Shown here piece by piece: positions 51,701 to 64,000 of a stretch of DNA of 64,000 bases. Below the pieces are notes generated by a model. The model was not told where the DNA came from. It made no database searches and saw only the letters and a program-made list of their open reading frames with translations. Numbering within the stretch: position 1 is the stretch's first letter; every line of letters starts with the position of its first letter. The DNA is from Squalus acanthias (lineage: Eukaryota), in the NCBI GenBank assembly GCA_030390025.1, contig CM059432.1, positions 108,812,001 through 108,876,000 of the forward strand, given 5' to 3'. Position numbers and translations under genes: made by a program.

Positions 51701-54700
51701 GAGTTGTGTTGCTGTTTCCAGATGTCGTGGTCCATATCGGTACCAATGACATAGGTAGAAAGAGGGATGAGGTCCTGCAGGCAGAGTTTAGGGAGCTGGG
51801 AGTCCGATTAAAAAACAGGACTCAAAGGTAGTAATCACCGGATTACTCCCGGTGCCACGTGCTAGTGAGTCCAGAAATAGGAGGATAGAGCAGATGAATG
51901 CGTGGCTGGAAGGATGGTGCAGGAGGGAGGGCTTTAAATTCCTGAGGCATTGGGACCGTTCCTGAGGGAGGTGGGACCTGTACAGGCTGGACGGGTTGCA
52001 CCTCAACAGAGCTGGGACCAATATCCTCACGGGGGTGGGGGGGGGGGGGCGGGGTTGCTATTGCTGTTGGGGAGGGTTTAAACTAGCTTGGCAGGGGGAT
52101 GGGAACCTAAGAATAGAGTCAGTAGGGAGAGAAGAAAAAAAAATCTGCAATTGGAAAAATTGGAAGGACAGAGGAATCAAGGGCGAGATAGTAGTCAACA
52201 AGGAGGTTTTGCCTGTACTAAATGGTATATACTTCAATGCAAGCAGTATAGCGAACAAGCCAGATGAGCTGAGGGCACAGGTAGATACTTGGGACTATGA
52301 TATTATAGCTATTACAGAGATGTGGCTGAAAGAGGGACAGGTATGGCAGCTCAACATTCCTGGTTACAGGATTTTCAGTCGGGATAGAGAGGGAGGTAAA
52401 AAGGGACTATTACAGCTGTGAGGAGGGATGATATGTTGGAGGGATCATCAAACGAGGCCATCTGGGTCGAATTGAAAAACAAAAAAGGGGCAATCACACT
52501 GCTGGGTGTGTACTACAGACTCCCAAACAGAGAGAGGGAGATAGAAGAGCAAATATGTCGACAAATTTCTGAGAAGTGCAAAAACTATAGGGCAGTAATT
52601 GTAGGGGATTTCGACTACCCCAATATTAACTGGGATAAAATTAGTGTGAAGGGTATACAGGGTGCGGAATTCCTAAAATGTATCCAGGAGAACTTTTTTA
52701 GCCAGTATGTAGCAAGCCCAACAAGAGAGGGGGCGGTTCTAGACTTAGTTTTAGGGAATGAAGCTGGGCAGGTAGAAGGCGTATCAGTGGGGGAGCATTT
52801 TGGTGCTAGTGACCATAATTCAGTTAGATTTAAGGTAGTTATGGAAAAGGACAAGGATAGACCAGGAATAAAAATTCTAAATTGGGGAAAAGCAAATTTT
52901 GCTAAGCTCAGAGGGGATTTAGCCATAGTGGACTGGAAACAGCTACTTGAAGGTAAATCAGTGTCAGAGCAGTGGGAGGCATTCAAGGAGGAGATCCGGA
53001 GGGTTCAGACCAAATATGTGCCCTTAAAGAAAAAAGGTGGGACTAACAAATCTAGAGCCCCCTGGATGTCTAGGGACATACAGGGTAGGATAAAGAAAAA
53101 AAGGGAGGCATATGACATATACCAAGGGCTAAATACTGCAGAATCTTTAGAGGAGTAGAGAAAGTGCAGGGGTGCAATTAAAAATGATATTAGGAAAGCA
53201 AAAAGAGAGCATGAAAAATTCTTGGCAAGTAAAATCAAGGATAACCCAAAGATGTTTTATAAATATATTAAGAGTAAAAGGATAACTAAAGAAAGGGTAG
53301 GGCCTATTAGAGATCATGAGGGTAATCTGTGTGTGCAGGCGGGAGACGTCAGTAGGGTTCTTAATGAATACTTTGCATCTGTTTTCACAAAGGAGAGGGG
53401 CGAAGCAGACATTGCTATCAGGGAGGAGGAGTGTGAAATATTAGATGAAATAAACATAGTGAGAGAGGAAGTATTAAGGGGTTTAGCAGCTTTAAAAGTG
53501 GATAAATCCCCAGGCCCGGAAGAAATCTATCCCAGGCTGTTAAGCGAAGCAAAAGAGGAAATAGCAGAGCTCTGACCATCATTTTTCAATCCTCTCTGGC
53601 TTTAGGTGTGGTGCCGGAGGACTGGAGGACTGCTAATGTGGTTCCCTTGTTTAAAAAGGGAGAAAAGGATAGACCGAGTAATTACAGGCCAGTCAGCATA
53701 ACCTCGGTGGTGGGAAAATTATTGGAAAAGATTCTGAAGGACAGGATAAATCTTCATTTAGAAAGACACGGATTAATCAAGGATAGTCAGCACAGATTTG
53801 TTAAGGGAAGGTCGTGTCTGACAAACTTGATTGAATTTTTTGAGGAGGTAACAAGGAGGGTAGTTGAAGGTAGTGCGTTTGATATAGTGTATATGGAGTT
53901 TAGCAAGGCTTTTGATAAGGTTCCACATGGCAGACTGGTCACGAAGTTAAAAGCCCATGGGATCCAGGGCAAAGTGTCAAGTTGGATTCAAAACTGGCTC
54001 GGAGGCAGGAAGCAGAGGGTAATGGTTGATGGGTGTTTTTGTGACTGGAAGGCTGTTTCCAGTGGGGTTCTGCAGGGCTCAGTACTAGGTCCCTTGCTTT
54101 TTGTGGTATATATCAATGATCTAGACTTGAATATAGAGGGTATGATTAAGAAGTTTGCAGATGATACGAAAATCAGCTGTGTGGTTGATACTGAAGAAGG
54201 AAGCTGTAGACTGCAGGAAGATATCAATAAATTGGTCAGGTGAGCAGAACAGTGGCAAATGGAATTCAATCCGGAGAAGTGTGAGGTAATGCATTTGGGG
54301 AGGGCTAACAAGGAAAGGGAATACACATTAAATGGTAGGACACTGAGTAGTGTAGAGGAACAAAGGGACCTTGGAGTGCATGTCCACAGATCCCTGAAGG
54401 TAGCAGGCCAGGTAGATAAGGTGGTTAAGAAGGCATATGGAATGCTTCCCTTTATTAGTCGTGGCATAGAATACAAGAGCAGAGGGGTTATGCTTCAACT
54501 GTATAAAACACTAGTTAGGCCTCAGCTAGAGTACTGCATGCAGTTCTGGTCACCACATTGCAGGAAAGATGTGATTGCATTAGAGAGGGTACAGAGGAGA
54601 TTTACAAGGATGTTGCCGGGAGTAGAGAATCTTAGCTATGAGGAAAGACTGGATAGGCTGGGTTTGATTTCCTTGGAACAGAGGAGGCTGAGGGGAGACC

Positions 54701-55083
54701 TAATTGAGGTGTATAAAATTATGAGGGGCATAGATAAAGTGGATAGAAAGGACCTATTTCCCTTAGCAGAGGGGTCAAAAAACAGGGGGCACAGATTTAA
54801 AGTAACTGGTGGAAGGTTTAGAGGGGATTTGAGGGGAAATTTCTTCACCCAGAGGGTTGTGGGGGTCTGGAACTCACTGCCTGAAAGGGTGGTAGAGGCA
54901 GAAACCCTAACCACATTTAAAAAGTACTTGGATGTGCACTTGGGATGCTCTAACCTGCAGGGCTACAGACCAAGAGCTGGGAAGTGGGATTAGGCGGGAT
55001 AGCTCTTTGTTGGCCGGCACGGACACGATGGGCCGAAATGGCTTCCTTCCGTGCTGTAACTTTCTATGATTCTATGATTCTAT
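48751..55083 (+). mobile_element. Near full-length CR1 LINE (ORF1 Zn-finger + SGNH esterase; ORF2 endonuclease + RT), disabled and interrupted by an RTE element
   Basis: ORF1: CTSC..CSKC, VVGDSI, LPGARV, HIGTND, DGLHL. ORF2: YFNASS, ITEMW, GDFDYP, SDH and RT motifs, with several stops and frameshifts. (tatgattc)n tail. Confidence 0.94.
49563..51717 (-). mobile_element. 5'-truncated RTE/BovB-like LINE
   Basis: KGDKSDCGNYRGVSLLS, PESQCGF, GVKQGCVIAPTLF, LQYADD, FPYLGS, QLRWTGH, C-terminal CPTC..H..H, and a (AAG)-type tail. Confidence 0.94.
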
Positions 55084-56035
55084 AAGACCTCTTAATATAT
55101 TCCTAGTCTGCAATCCATGAGAAAATGTGAAATTGAAAAGGCAATCTGTTGGTCTTTTAGATTTCAAATGTCTCCATAATATGCAGAATCATTTGCCACG
55201 TTTATTGTACTCTAATATTTTATTAATCCAACAACACAAACATATAAAGTGCAATTGGTTGCATTCTGACATTGACACAGTAATTTCTGACCATAGCAGA
55301 ACAGCACAGTATCTGATAGAAGAAGGTGCTGTGCTTTGGAAGCTGAAGTCAGGTTATTTTTTTGTTTCCCAGACAGAGCAGCGTGTAGCTTTGACCATTA
55401 TGTAGGGGTTTTGCTCTGCATTTCAATCGTTGATACTCGGCAAACAATCTGAGAGAGGTTGCCAATCTTTGTCAGCCGTTAAACGCGGATGCAATCCAGA
55501 GGCACATAATAATAGATTTTAGCAATAAAATAGACACTGCCCTTTTGCCAGAAAAAATAACATCTAAACGCTACCCTTTTGCACACGATTGGATATTCCA
55601 AAGAAGTCCCTATTCGTCTGCTGTTGATAGTTTAGCTGTAAGTGCGTCAAAATATAATTGCCACTGATATCTTTAAAATCACAGTATGCACTCAGAATTA
55701 AGGTTTGCACAGTACAGAGACTGGTACCAAAAGAAGTACTGCAGCCAATTTTCTCAAATCCAAGGAAAAGTGACATCTAGAATTTGGTTCCAATAGCATG
55801 CAGCCTCTTCTGAAAGGAAGTAAGACCTTTAAAACTGACTCTGATAATCATTTGATGGGCACAGATTTGTTTTATTTAAATAACCTGATTTTTTTATGTA
55901 CACCAGCTAAATCATTCTCTTACATGGAAATTCAGATCATTTGGATTTCTAAAAAGCTTTTGATAAAGAGCCACATGAGGGACTGTAATAATGCAGTTTA
56001 TTGTTATTTATGGTGTCAAGGGGGATATTGGGAGA

Positions 56036-56360
56036 TCATAGAATCATAGAATCATAGAAAGTTACAGCACGGAAGGAGGCCATTTCAGCCCGTCGTGTCC
56101 GTGCCGGCCAACAAAGAACTATCCAGCCTAATCCCACTTCCCAGCTCTTGGTCCGTAGCCCTGCAGGTTAGAGCATCCCAAGTGCACATCCAAGTACTTT
56201 TTAAATGTGGTTAGGGTTCCTGCCTCTACCACCCTTTCAGGCAGTGAGTTCCAGACCCCCACAACCCTCTGGGTGAAGAAATTTCCCCTCAAATCCCCTC
56301 TAAACCTTCCACCAATTACTTAAGATCTGTGCCCCCTGGTTTTTGACCCCTCTGCTAAGG
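56036..56360 (-). mobile_element. CR1 3' end, same subfamily as 54760-55083
   Basis: Near-exact reverse complement of 54762-55083. Confidence 0.92.
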
Positions 56361-56751
56361 AAAATAGCTGGATGGAAAATTGGCAAAAGGATGGTTTTAA
56401 ATGGGGCTGTTTCCCATTGGGGTCTGGTCACTATTGGAGTGCTCCAAGGCTCACTGCTGAGTTCCCTCCCATTTATTATGTTTATTAACAACCTGGAACA
56501 TGGCATAGATATTACAGTTATTAAATTTGCGCATGATACTAAATTGGGTGATTGACGCGAGATGTTAAAAAAGGAAAGGTAGAAAGAACGTGCATTTATA
56601 TAGTGCTTTTCACAACCTCAGGACATCCCAAAGTGCTTCAACAAAAATAGATTACAACTGAATCTGGATAAATTGGGAAATTATCTCAACATTGGCAAAT
56701 TTCTTTCAATGTGATTAAGTGTGCAATTATGTACAGAATTCGGGGACAGAG

Positions 56752-57660
56752 TATAGGAACATAGGAACAGGAGTAGGCCATTTAGCCCCTCAAGCCTGTT
56801 CTGCCATTCAATGAGATCATGGCTGATCTGTGACCTAACTCCAAATACTTGCCTTTATACCATATTCCTTAATACCTTTGGTTAACAAAAATCTATCAAT
56901 CTCAGATTTAAAATTAGCAATTGATGTAGCATCAATTGGCGTTAGCAGAAGAGAGTTTCAAACTTCTACCATCCTTTGTGTGTAGAAGTGTTTCCTAACT
57001 TCACTCCTGAAAGGCCTGGCTCTAATTTTTAGGCTGTGTCCCCAGTCTTAGACTCCCCAACTAGTTGAAATAGTTGCTTTCTATCTACCCTATCAGTTCC
57101 CCTTAATATCTTGAAAACTTCAATCAAATCACTTCTTAACCTTCTAAATTCCAGGGAATACAACCCTAGTTTGTGTAATCTCTCCTCATAATTTAACCCG
57201 GGTATCATTCTGGTAAATCTACGCTGCTCTCCCTCTAAGGCCAATATATCCTTCCTGAGGTGTGGTACCCAGAACTGAACACAGTACTCCGGGTATGGGC
57301 TAACTAGGTCTTTGTATAGCTGTAGCATAACTTCTACCCCCTTCTAGTCCTCTATATAAAGGCCAACATTCCATTAGCCATTTTGATTATTTTCTGTGCG
57401 TGTTCATGATATTTAAACAATCTATGTACATGGACCCCCAAGTCTCTTTGGACCTCCACTGTTTCTAGCTTTTCACCATTTAGAAAGTACTCTGATCTTT
57501 CCATTTTAGATCCAAAGTCGATGACCTCACACTTGCCTATATTGAAATCCATTTGCCACAGTTTTGCCCATTCGCTTAATCCATTAATATCTTTGTAATT
57601 TTATGCTTCTGCACTGCTTACAATGCCGCCTATCTTTGTTTCATCGGCAAACTTGGATAA
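56752..57660 (-). mobile_element. 5'-truncated CR1
   Basis: KFADET..CEV..LQLYKDLV..EERLHKLGLYSLE, with a 3' tail. Confidence 0.9.
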
Positions 57661-58582
57661 TATGAGTGGGTGTAGGTTAAAGGTGATAAGAAGGGTGAGA
57701 GAGATGGGAGTGGTCATTGACCCGTCCCTAAAGGTTCAAGGTCAGCGTCAGGCAGCTGTGGCCAAAATGATAGGGTCCTGAGCTGGATTGCCCAGACTCT
57801 TCAATACAAAACTATGATAATAGGGTTATATATGACTTTGGTGAGACCAGATCTAGAGAATTGGTCCTTCCAACTCAAGAAGGGCATTATCGATCTAGAG
57901 AAAGAACAGAGAAGGGCAACAAGGCCAATCTAAACATTTGGAAAAGGTACCATTGAAAAGATTGGAATAGATTCATAATATGCACAGCCACCATTGTTGG
58001 AAACATCTTAAGGTAGAGGTGTCCATACTGAGGCCAGTAGACCACTGTGACCCCTGCACTCTGGTAGTCCTTATGTTCCTTATTCAACAATAACTTGCAT
58101 TTATTTAGCGCCTTTAATGTAGACGAACATCCCAAGGTGCTTATTTGTTGGTTTGTCTTTTTGAATTTTGTGGGCCCGGAGGTTTGTAAAGAGCTGTTCC
58201 TAGTGCTGTTAACTCATGCTGTTGGTGGATAAATCCTGAATCAGAACACCAAGATCTATTAGTATCAGCAACTTACGATATCTGCAAATTAATGAGAACA
58301 TGGATTACATGGATTCAATCTTTATGTGTGGCCCCCAAGGCTCCATGATGTGCAACTAAGTGGCCCACAAAGACACAGAGCTTAAGCTGTGTTCACCTAT
58401 CATCAAATCATTCACCTCCTCAATTGAATGGCTGTCGCCCTTGTGACAAAACATATTTTTGTCTGTATTAGATCATTGATTTTAATTTGTTATTACTAGT
58501 AACAGTACACACATGGCTGAGATCAGTTGTTGCAAGTTGGATGGAATTTAACTTGCAGCCTGGCCAATATTGTCACTTAGGG

Positions 58583-58993
58583 CAGTGTTTTCCAATAGAA
58601 ATCACTGACCAGCCACAGGTGTGGCTACGTCAACACTGTTTTAGCCACATGCACTAATTTTAGTCGAAAACTCCTTACATACTCTCACACAATACAGGTA
58701 AATGTACTTCACACATGTATATTCACTTAAGCATCTACCACCATTCAGTAACCAAGGAAGTAAAACACTCACGACACTTGTGCACTCTGCTTTTCTCTTA
58801 ACATTTTACCAGCAAATGCACAAAAGGGTTAAAGTTCACATGCATATGCCATGGGAATATGAGTATTGAGATCACATGCCCAACGATGGTGTCTGTTACT
58901 CATTTTTTATTTACTAATTAGAAATACAATTCTCCACATCTGGATTTCCAATTCACCAAACATGACTAGTAGCTAACATATTGGACAACACTG
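58583..58993. mobile_element. hAT-Charlie (MER3-like) non-autonomous element
   Basis: TIRs CAGTGTTTTCCAATA / TATTGGACAACACTG, internal agccac..gtggcta motifs, and a degenerate 8-bp TSD ACTTAGGG / ACCTAAGG with a central TA. Confidence 0.72.
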
Positions 58994-59159
58994 ACCTAAG
59001 GTAAGACAGAGACATGTGTCGTTTTGGTCATCTTTAGTATACATGGTTAGTTTGCCATTGTATGTAAGTGAATATCAGTGGGAGAATGTTTATGTATCTG
59101 TGAGTCTGTTGAACCAAAAGGATGGGGTTAATATGCTAATGCCAGTTGAACTAAACAAG

Positions 59160-59970
59160 GGTGAGCCTAAAAGGATTTTTTTTAAATGAAGAGCGAAATA
59201 AAAAAGAAAAATTACCTCTACAAATCCTGCTGGGAGAAAGGAGAAGGGTTTCTTGGGATGAATATAAGATCATGCAGAGACAAGTTAAAAGGATGATCAG
59301 ACGAGCAGAGAGACCTAGAAAAAAAGCAAAGCTGCAGAGACAAATATAACAGTAAAATAAATGTCAATAATATCACAATAGCAAGATGACTGTGAGAGAA
59401 AAGGTGGCAATATGCATATGGACTTGAAACTGTGGGTGAGTACAAGATAGTAAATATTCTGAACAATTACTTCCTTCACATTTTCACAAGTGAAGATATG
59501 AGCAATGAAAAGAGTACCAAGGCAACAATTCTGAACTTTGATATAAATGAGATGGAAGTCTGACATAAGCTGGAAGACCTTTAAACAAATAACTCCCATT
59601 GGATAGATGGTATTTATCTCAAGAGTGTTTAGAGAGACTAGCGAGAAGATCTGTGAGGCCTGGACAATCATTATGAGGGAACAGGGAGGTACCAGTAGAT
59701 TGGAAACAGGCGAATATGGTGTCCATATTCATAAAAAGGTGACAAAACAGACACATTAATCTTACTTTCATTCCATATAAAATAATGGAATTTATTATGA
59801 CAAGTAAACTTGTGGATTATTTATTAAACAACATCATAGTAAACAGCAATCAACATGGCTTTAGATAGGGAAGTTCCTGCCTGAACAACCTCCTTGATAC
59901 TCAAGTGGACTGTGGTAAACCCTGCAACATCGTGTACTTAGACTTCCAAAGGCATTTGATAAAGTTCCCT
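59160..59970 (+). mobile_element. Highly decayed CR1 ORF2 fragment
   Basis: ILNNYF..FT, DGIYLKSV-like, QHGFR*GSSCL and VYLDFQ remnants. Confidence 0.7.
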
Positions 59971-62190
59971 GATAATTAAGGATGACATAAGGACAGTAGT
60001 CAGAAAGAATCTTGGCTCAGAAGATCAAGAAGTAGAATCAGTATGGGTGGAGATAAAAAAATAATAAGGGGCAGTAGTTTATAGGCCCCCTAACAGTAGC
60101 TATACAATTAGACAGGGTATTAATCAAGAAATAATAGAAGCTTGTAACAAAGGTAATGCAATACGTGTGGGGGACTTTAATCTTCATATAGACTGGGCAA
60201 ATAAAATTGGCTAGGGTAGTCTGGAGGACAAGTTCATAGAATGCATTTGAGACAGTTTCCTAGAACAATACGTCATTGAACCAACCAGGGAACAGGCTAT
60301 TTTAGATCTTGTTTTGTGTAATGAGTAATCTTATAGTAAAGGATCCTCTAGGGAAGAGTGATCATAATATGATAGAATTTCATGTTGAGTTTGAGAGTGA
60401 AATTCTTACATCCAAAACTTAAACAAAACCAATTACATAGGTATGAGGGGTGAGTTGGCTAAAATAGATTGGGAGATTAGATTAAAAGGTATGACGGTAG
60501 ATAAACAGTGGCAGACATTTAAAGAAATATTCCAAAATTCTCAACAAATATACATCCCATTGAGAAATAAAAACTCCATTGGAAAAGTGATCCATCTGTG
60601 GCTAACTAAAGAAGTTAAGAATAGTGTTAGATTAAAAGAAGCGGCTTATAATGTTGTGAAGAATAGTAGTAAGCCTGAAGATTGGGAGAGTTTTAGAAAC
60701 CAGCAAAGGATGACCAAAAAATTGATAAAAAGAGAGAAAATAGAATATGAGAGTAAATTAGCAAGAAATATAAAAACATATTGTAAGAGCTTCTACAAGT
60801 ATGTAAAAATGAAGAGAATAGCAAAAGCAAGCATTGGTTCCCTTAGAGTCTGAGACAGGAGAAATTATATTGGGGAACAAGGAAATGGCAGAGACTTTGA
60901 ACAAATATTTTGAATCTGCCTTCACAAAATATATACCAAAAATAGTGGGGAACCAACGGGCTAATGAGAGTGAGGAACTTAAAGTAATTAATATCAGTAG
61001 AGAAAAAATACTTGAGAAACTAATGCGACTAAAAGCTGACAAATCACCTGAACCTGATGGCCTACATCCTAGCGTTCTAAAAAAGGTGACTGCAGAGATA
61101 GTGGATGCATTGGTTGCGATCTTCCAAAATTCCCTAGATTCAGGAACGGTCACAGCGGATTGGAAGGTAGCAAATGTAACCCCGCTTTTCAAGAAAGGGA
61201 GAGAGAAAACAGGGAACTACAGGCCAGTTGGCCTGACATCAGGAGTAGGGAAAATGCTAGAATCTATTATTAAGAAAGTGGTAACAGGGCACTTAGAAAA
61301 TCATAATATGATTAGGCAGAGTCAACATGGTTTTATGAAAGAAATCCTTTTTGACAAATTTATTAGTGTTTTTTGAGGATGTAACTAGCAGGGCAGATAA
61401 AGGGGAACCAGTGGATGTAATATATTTGGATTTTCAAAAGGCATTCAATAAGGTGCCACATAAAAAGTTGTTACGCAAGATAAGGGCTCATGGGATTGTG
61501 AAGAAACACAGACAGTTAGCACACAGGTACAGCAAGCAATTAGGAAGGCAAATGGCATGTTGGCCTTTATTACTAGAGGGTTGGAGTACAAGAGTAAGGA
61601 AGTCTTGCTACAATTCTACAGGGCTTTGGTGAGACCATACCTGGAGTACTGTGCACAGTTTTGGTCTTATCTAAGGAAGGATATACTTGCCTTAGAGGCG
61701 GTGCACCGAAGGTTCACTAGATTGATTCCTGGGATAAGATGGTTGTCCTATGAGGAAAGATTGAGTAGATTGGGCCTTTACTCTCTGGAGTTTAGAAGAA
61801 TGAGATGTGATCTCATTGAAACATACAATATTCTGAAGGGGATTTACAGGATAGATGCTGAGAGATTGTTTCCCCTGGCTGGAGAGTCTAGAACTAGGGG
61901 CCTTAGTCTCAGGATAAGGGGCCGGCCTTTTAAGACTGAGATGAGGAGGAATGAATTCACTCAGAGGGTTGTGAATCTTTGGAATTCTCTGCCCCAAAGG
62001 GCTGTGGATGCTCAGTTGTTGAGTATATTCAAGGCTGATAGATTTTTGAACTCTAGAAGAATCAAGGGATATGGGGATAGGGCAGGAAAGTGAAGTTGAG
62101 GTCAAAAATCAGCCATGATCTTATTGAATGGCGGAGCAGGCTCGAGGAGGCATATAGCCTACTCCTGCTCCTAATTCTTATGTTCTTATG
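59971..62190 (+). mobile_element. CR1 LINE with an internal deletion of the RT core
   Basis: Endonuclease motifs (YRPP, GDFN, SDH). The sequence jumps from AHGI (~61498) directly to the ANGMLAF region. 3' tail present. Confidence 0.9.
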
Positions 62191-62620
62191 ACAAAGCAGC
62201 CCGCTTGATTGGCACCCCATCCACCACCTTAAACATTCACTCAATCCACCACCGTGACTGCAGTGTGTACCATCTACAAAATGTACTACAGCAACTTGCC
62301 AAGGCTTCTTCAACAGCACATCCCAAACCCACAACCTCTACCAACTAGAAGGACAAGGGCATCAGGCACATTGGAACACCATCACCTCCAAGTTCCCCTC
62401 CAAGTCACTGACCATCCTGACATGGAAATATATCACCGTTCCTTCATCGCTGGGTCAAAATCCTGGAACTCCCTACCTAACAGCACTGTGGGAGTACCTT
62501 CACCACACAGACTGCAGGGTTCAAGAAGGCGGCTCACCACCACCTTCTCAAGGGCAATTAGGGATGGGCAATAAGCGCTGGCCTAACCAGCTCCGCCCAC
62601 ATCCCATGAATGAATAAAAA
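62191..62620 (+). mobile_element. 3' end of a CR1/L2-clade LINE
   Basis: KAARLIG..SLHHR-like..SWNSLPNSTVG, ending in gaatgaataaaaaa. Confidence 0.7.
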
Positions 62621-62994
62621 ATATGACTTGTACTTAATACTCCCTGATAGCCCAGTTCAGATCAGGCACTCACTAGATGGGGAACTGCTAACTGAAACCC
62701 ACTCCCACCCCTCACCAGCAATACACCATGTGATCAAATTCAAATTTGAATGTTTTTCTAATTTAGATTTTTTGGGAGGGGGGTTTGGTGGGAGAGAGGA
62801 GGCCAAGATGAGGGATATCATCCCTGGGGAATAGAACACTTTTCTAATTTGGGTACCCAGTGACATCCAAGTCTGGTACAGCATGGTTTAGATGCAGAGC
62901 AAAGTCCCTTCTGGTCTGCCTCAGCCCCAATCTCAAAAAAGTGTGCCCTAGTCTACCAATGTGACAATTTCAGTTGTCATGCCAACCACACTAT

Positions 62995-63190
62995 GCTTCA
63001 CCTAATCAAATTCATAGATGCATTAAAGGGGAAGCTAGATAAGTACATGAGGGAGAAAGAAATACAAGGATATGTTGATAGAGTGAGATTAATTACGGTG
63101 GGAGGAGGCTCCTGTGGAGCATAAACACCAGCATAGACCTTTTGGGCCGAATGGCCTGTTTCTGTGGTGTAAGTACTATGTAATACTATG
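62995..63190 (+). mobile_element. Short CR1 3' end
   Basis: KGKLDKYMREKEIQGY followed by gggccgaatggcctgtttctgtg and a tail. Confidence 0.75.
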
Positions 63191-64000
63191 AAATTGAACA
63201 GTTTTGTGCTGTGACGGCTCATTTAACACTGGGACGGTTAAGGCATTCCCAAACACATTTCACACGGAACTCCTTATTGCTCACCGTGCCAACCTTTCAT
63301 CCCATCAGTTTGGGTTGGGTTTGGACCCAGGTCACAGCAGTGAAAGTGCAAGCCAAAAAATGGGTGCTTGCGATATTAGTGAACAAATGCTTAACTCAAT
63401 CGTCTGTCTGCTGTATGCATTTGAAATGATTGGGTTGGCAAATCCATTTTGTGGGATGATAAAGGAATGTGGAATGAACACATTAATTGTTCGAACACTA
63501 GTATTGGCCGAAGTAATTTCTGGGCTAACCCACGGTGCCGTCCAATCCCCATTATTTTATTTTTTGACTCTCATTTATTACTTGATAGATGCAAAGTGAT
63601 TTTTTACGAGTCAGTATTGCTGTGTGGAGCTTCACTCCACAGGAGTTTGACTTACTCCGACTTCACCTAAAATTTGAGCCAGGAACTTTAATTCATGAAA
63701 TCTACTCCACAATTAAAACAAATCAAAAAGGTGGCCTCTGTAAACAAATATTTGCGTTTTGTTTGAAGGACTCGTGACCTTATATGTTACAAACATTTGA
63801 ACGGAATTGGCACAGATTTTTTTTCTGAGGGCTATTAATTACTTTTTAAATCATGCTCACGTTGCTCCAGATTGAAAAGTTAAAGTCATCCCCTGCAAAG
63901 GGATCCCGGCGCTCGGACGTTATATGGGCTCGGAGTGCCTTTCATCAATGCATTTGATAAACATGGCATTACATGTCTCTTGGTAAAAGTTAGCTATGGG

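Larger units (their letters stand above)
55895..57990 (+). mobile_element. Old fragmented CR1 hosting two younger inverted CR1 insertions
   Basis: Remnant motifs: LDF*KAFDK-like (~55940), GVLQGSLL..KFAHDTKLG (56440-56550) and TLVRPDLE (~57840). Confidence 0.6.

Overview
Eukaryotic, repeat-saturated DNA that looks intronic or intergenic. The repeat families (CR1 with (TATGATTC)n and (TATGTTTC)n tails, Deu-domain tRNA-SINEs, Penelope elements with a minimal hammerhead ribozyme) suggest a cartilaginous fish; this is inference. I could not identify any host protein-coding gene. Main contents: (1) a complete ~4.1-kb PIF/Harbinger DNA transposon (16754-20830, TTA target-site duplication [TSD]) with an open DDE transposase ORF and a convergent 3-exon Myb/SANT partner gene that appears 1 nt out of frame; (2) two 893-bp non-autonomous derivatives of it, plus several older Harbinger-like elements; (3) a 1.63-kb solo LTR with a 4-bp TSD; (4) a Penelope-like element (reverse transcriptase [RT] + GIY-YIG) ending in a minimal hammerhead ribozyme; (5) many CR1 copies, one near full length and split by an RTE/BovB-like LINE flanked by a ~115-bp duplication; (6) L2, SINE and hAT remnants; (7) three large minisatellites, at least one of which grew inside a DNA transposon. 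Most long ORFs in the track are repeat or antisense artefacts.
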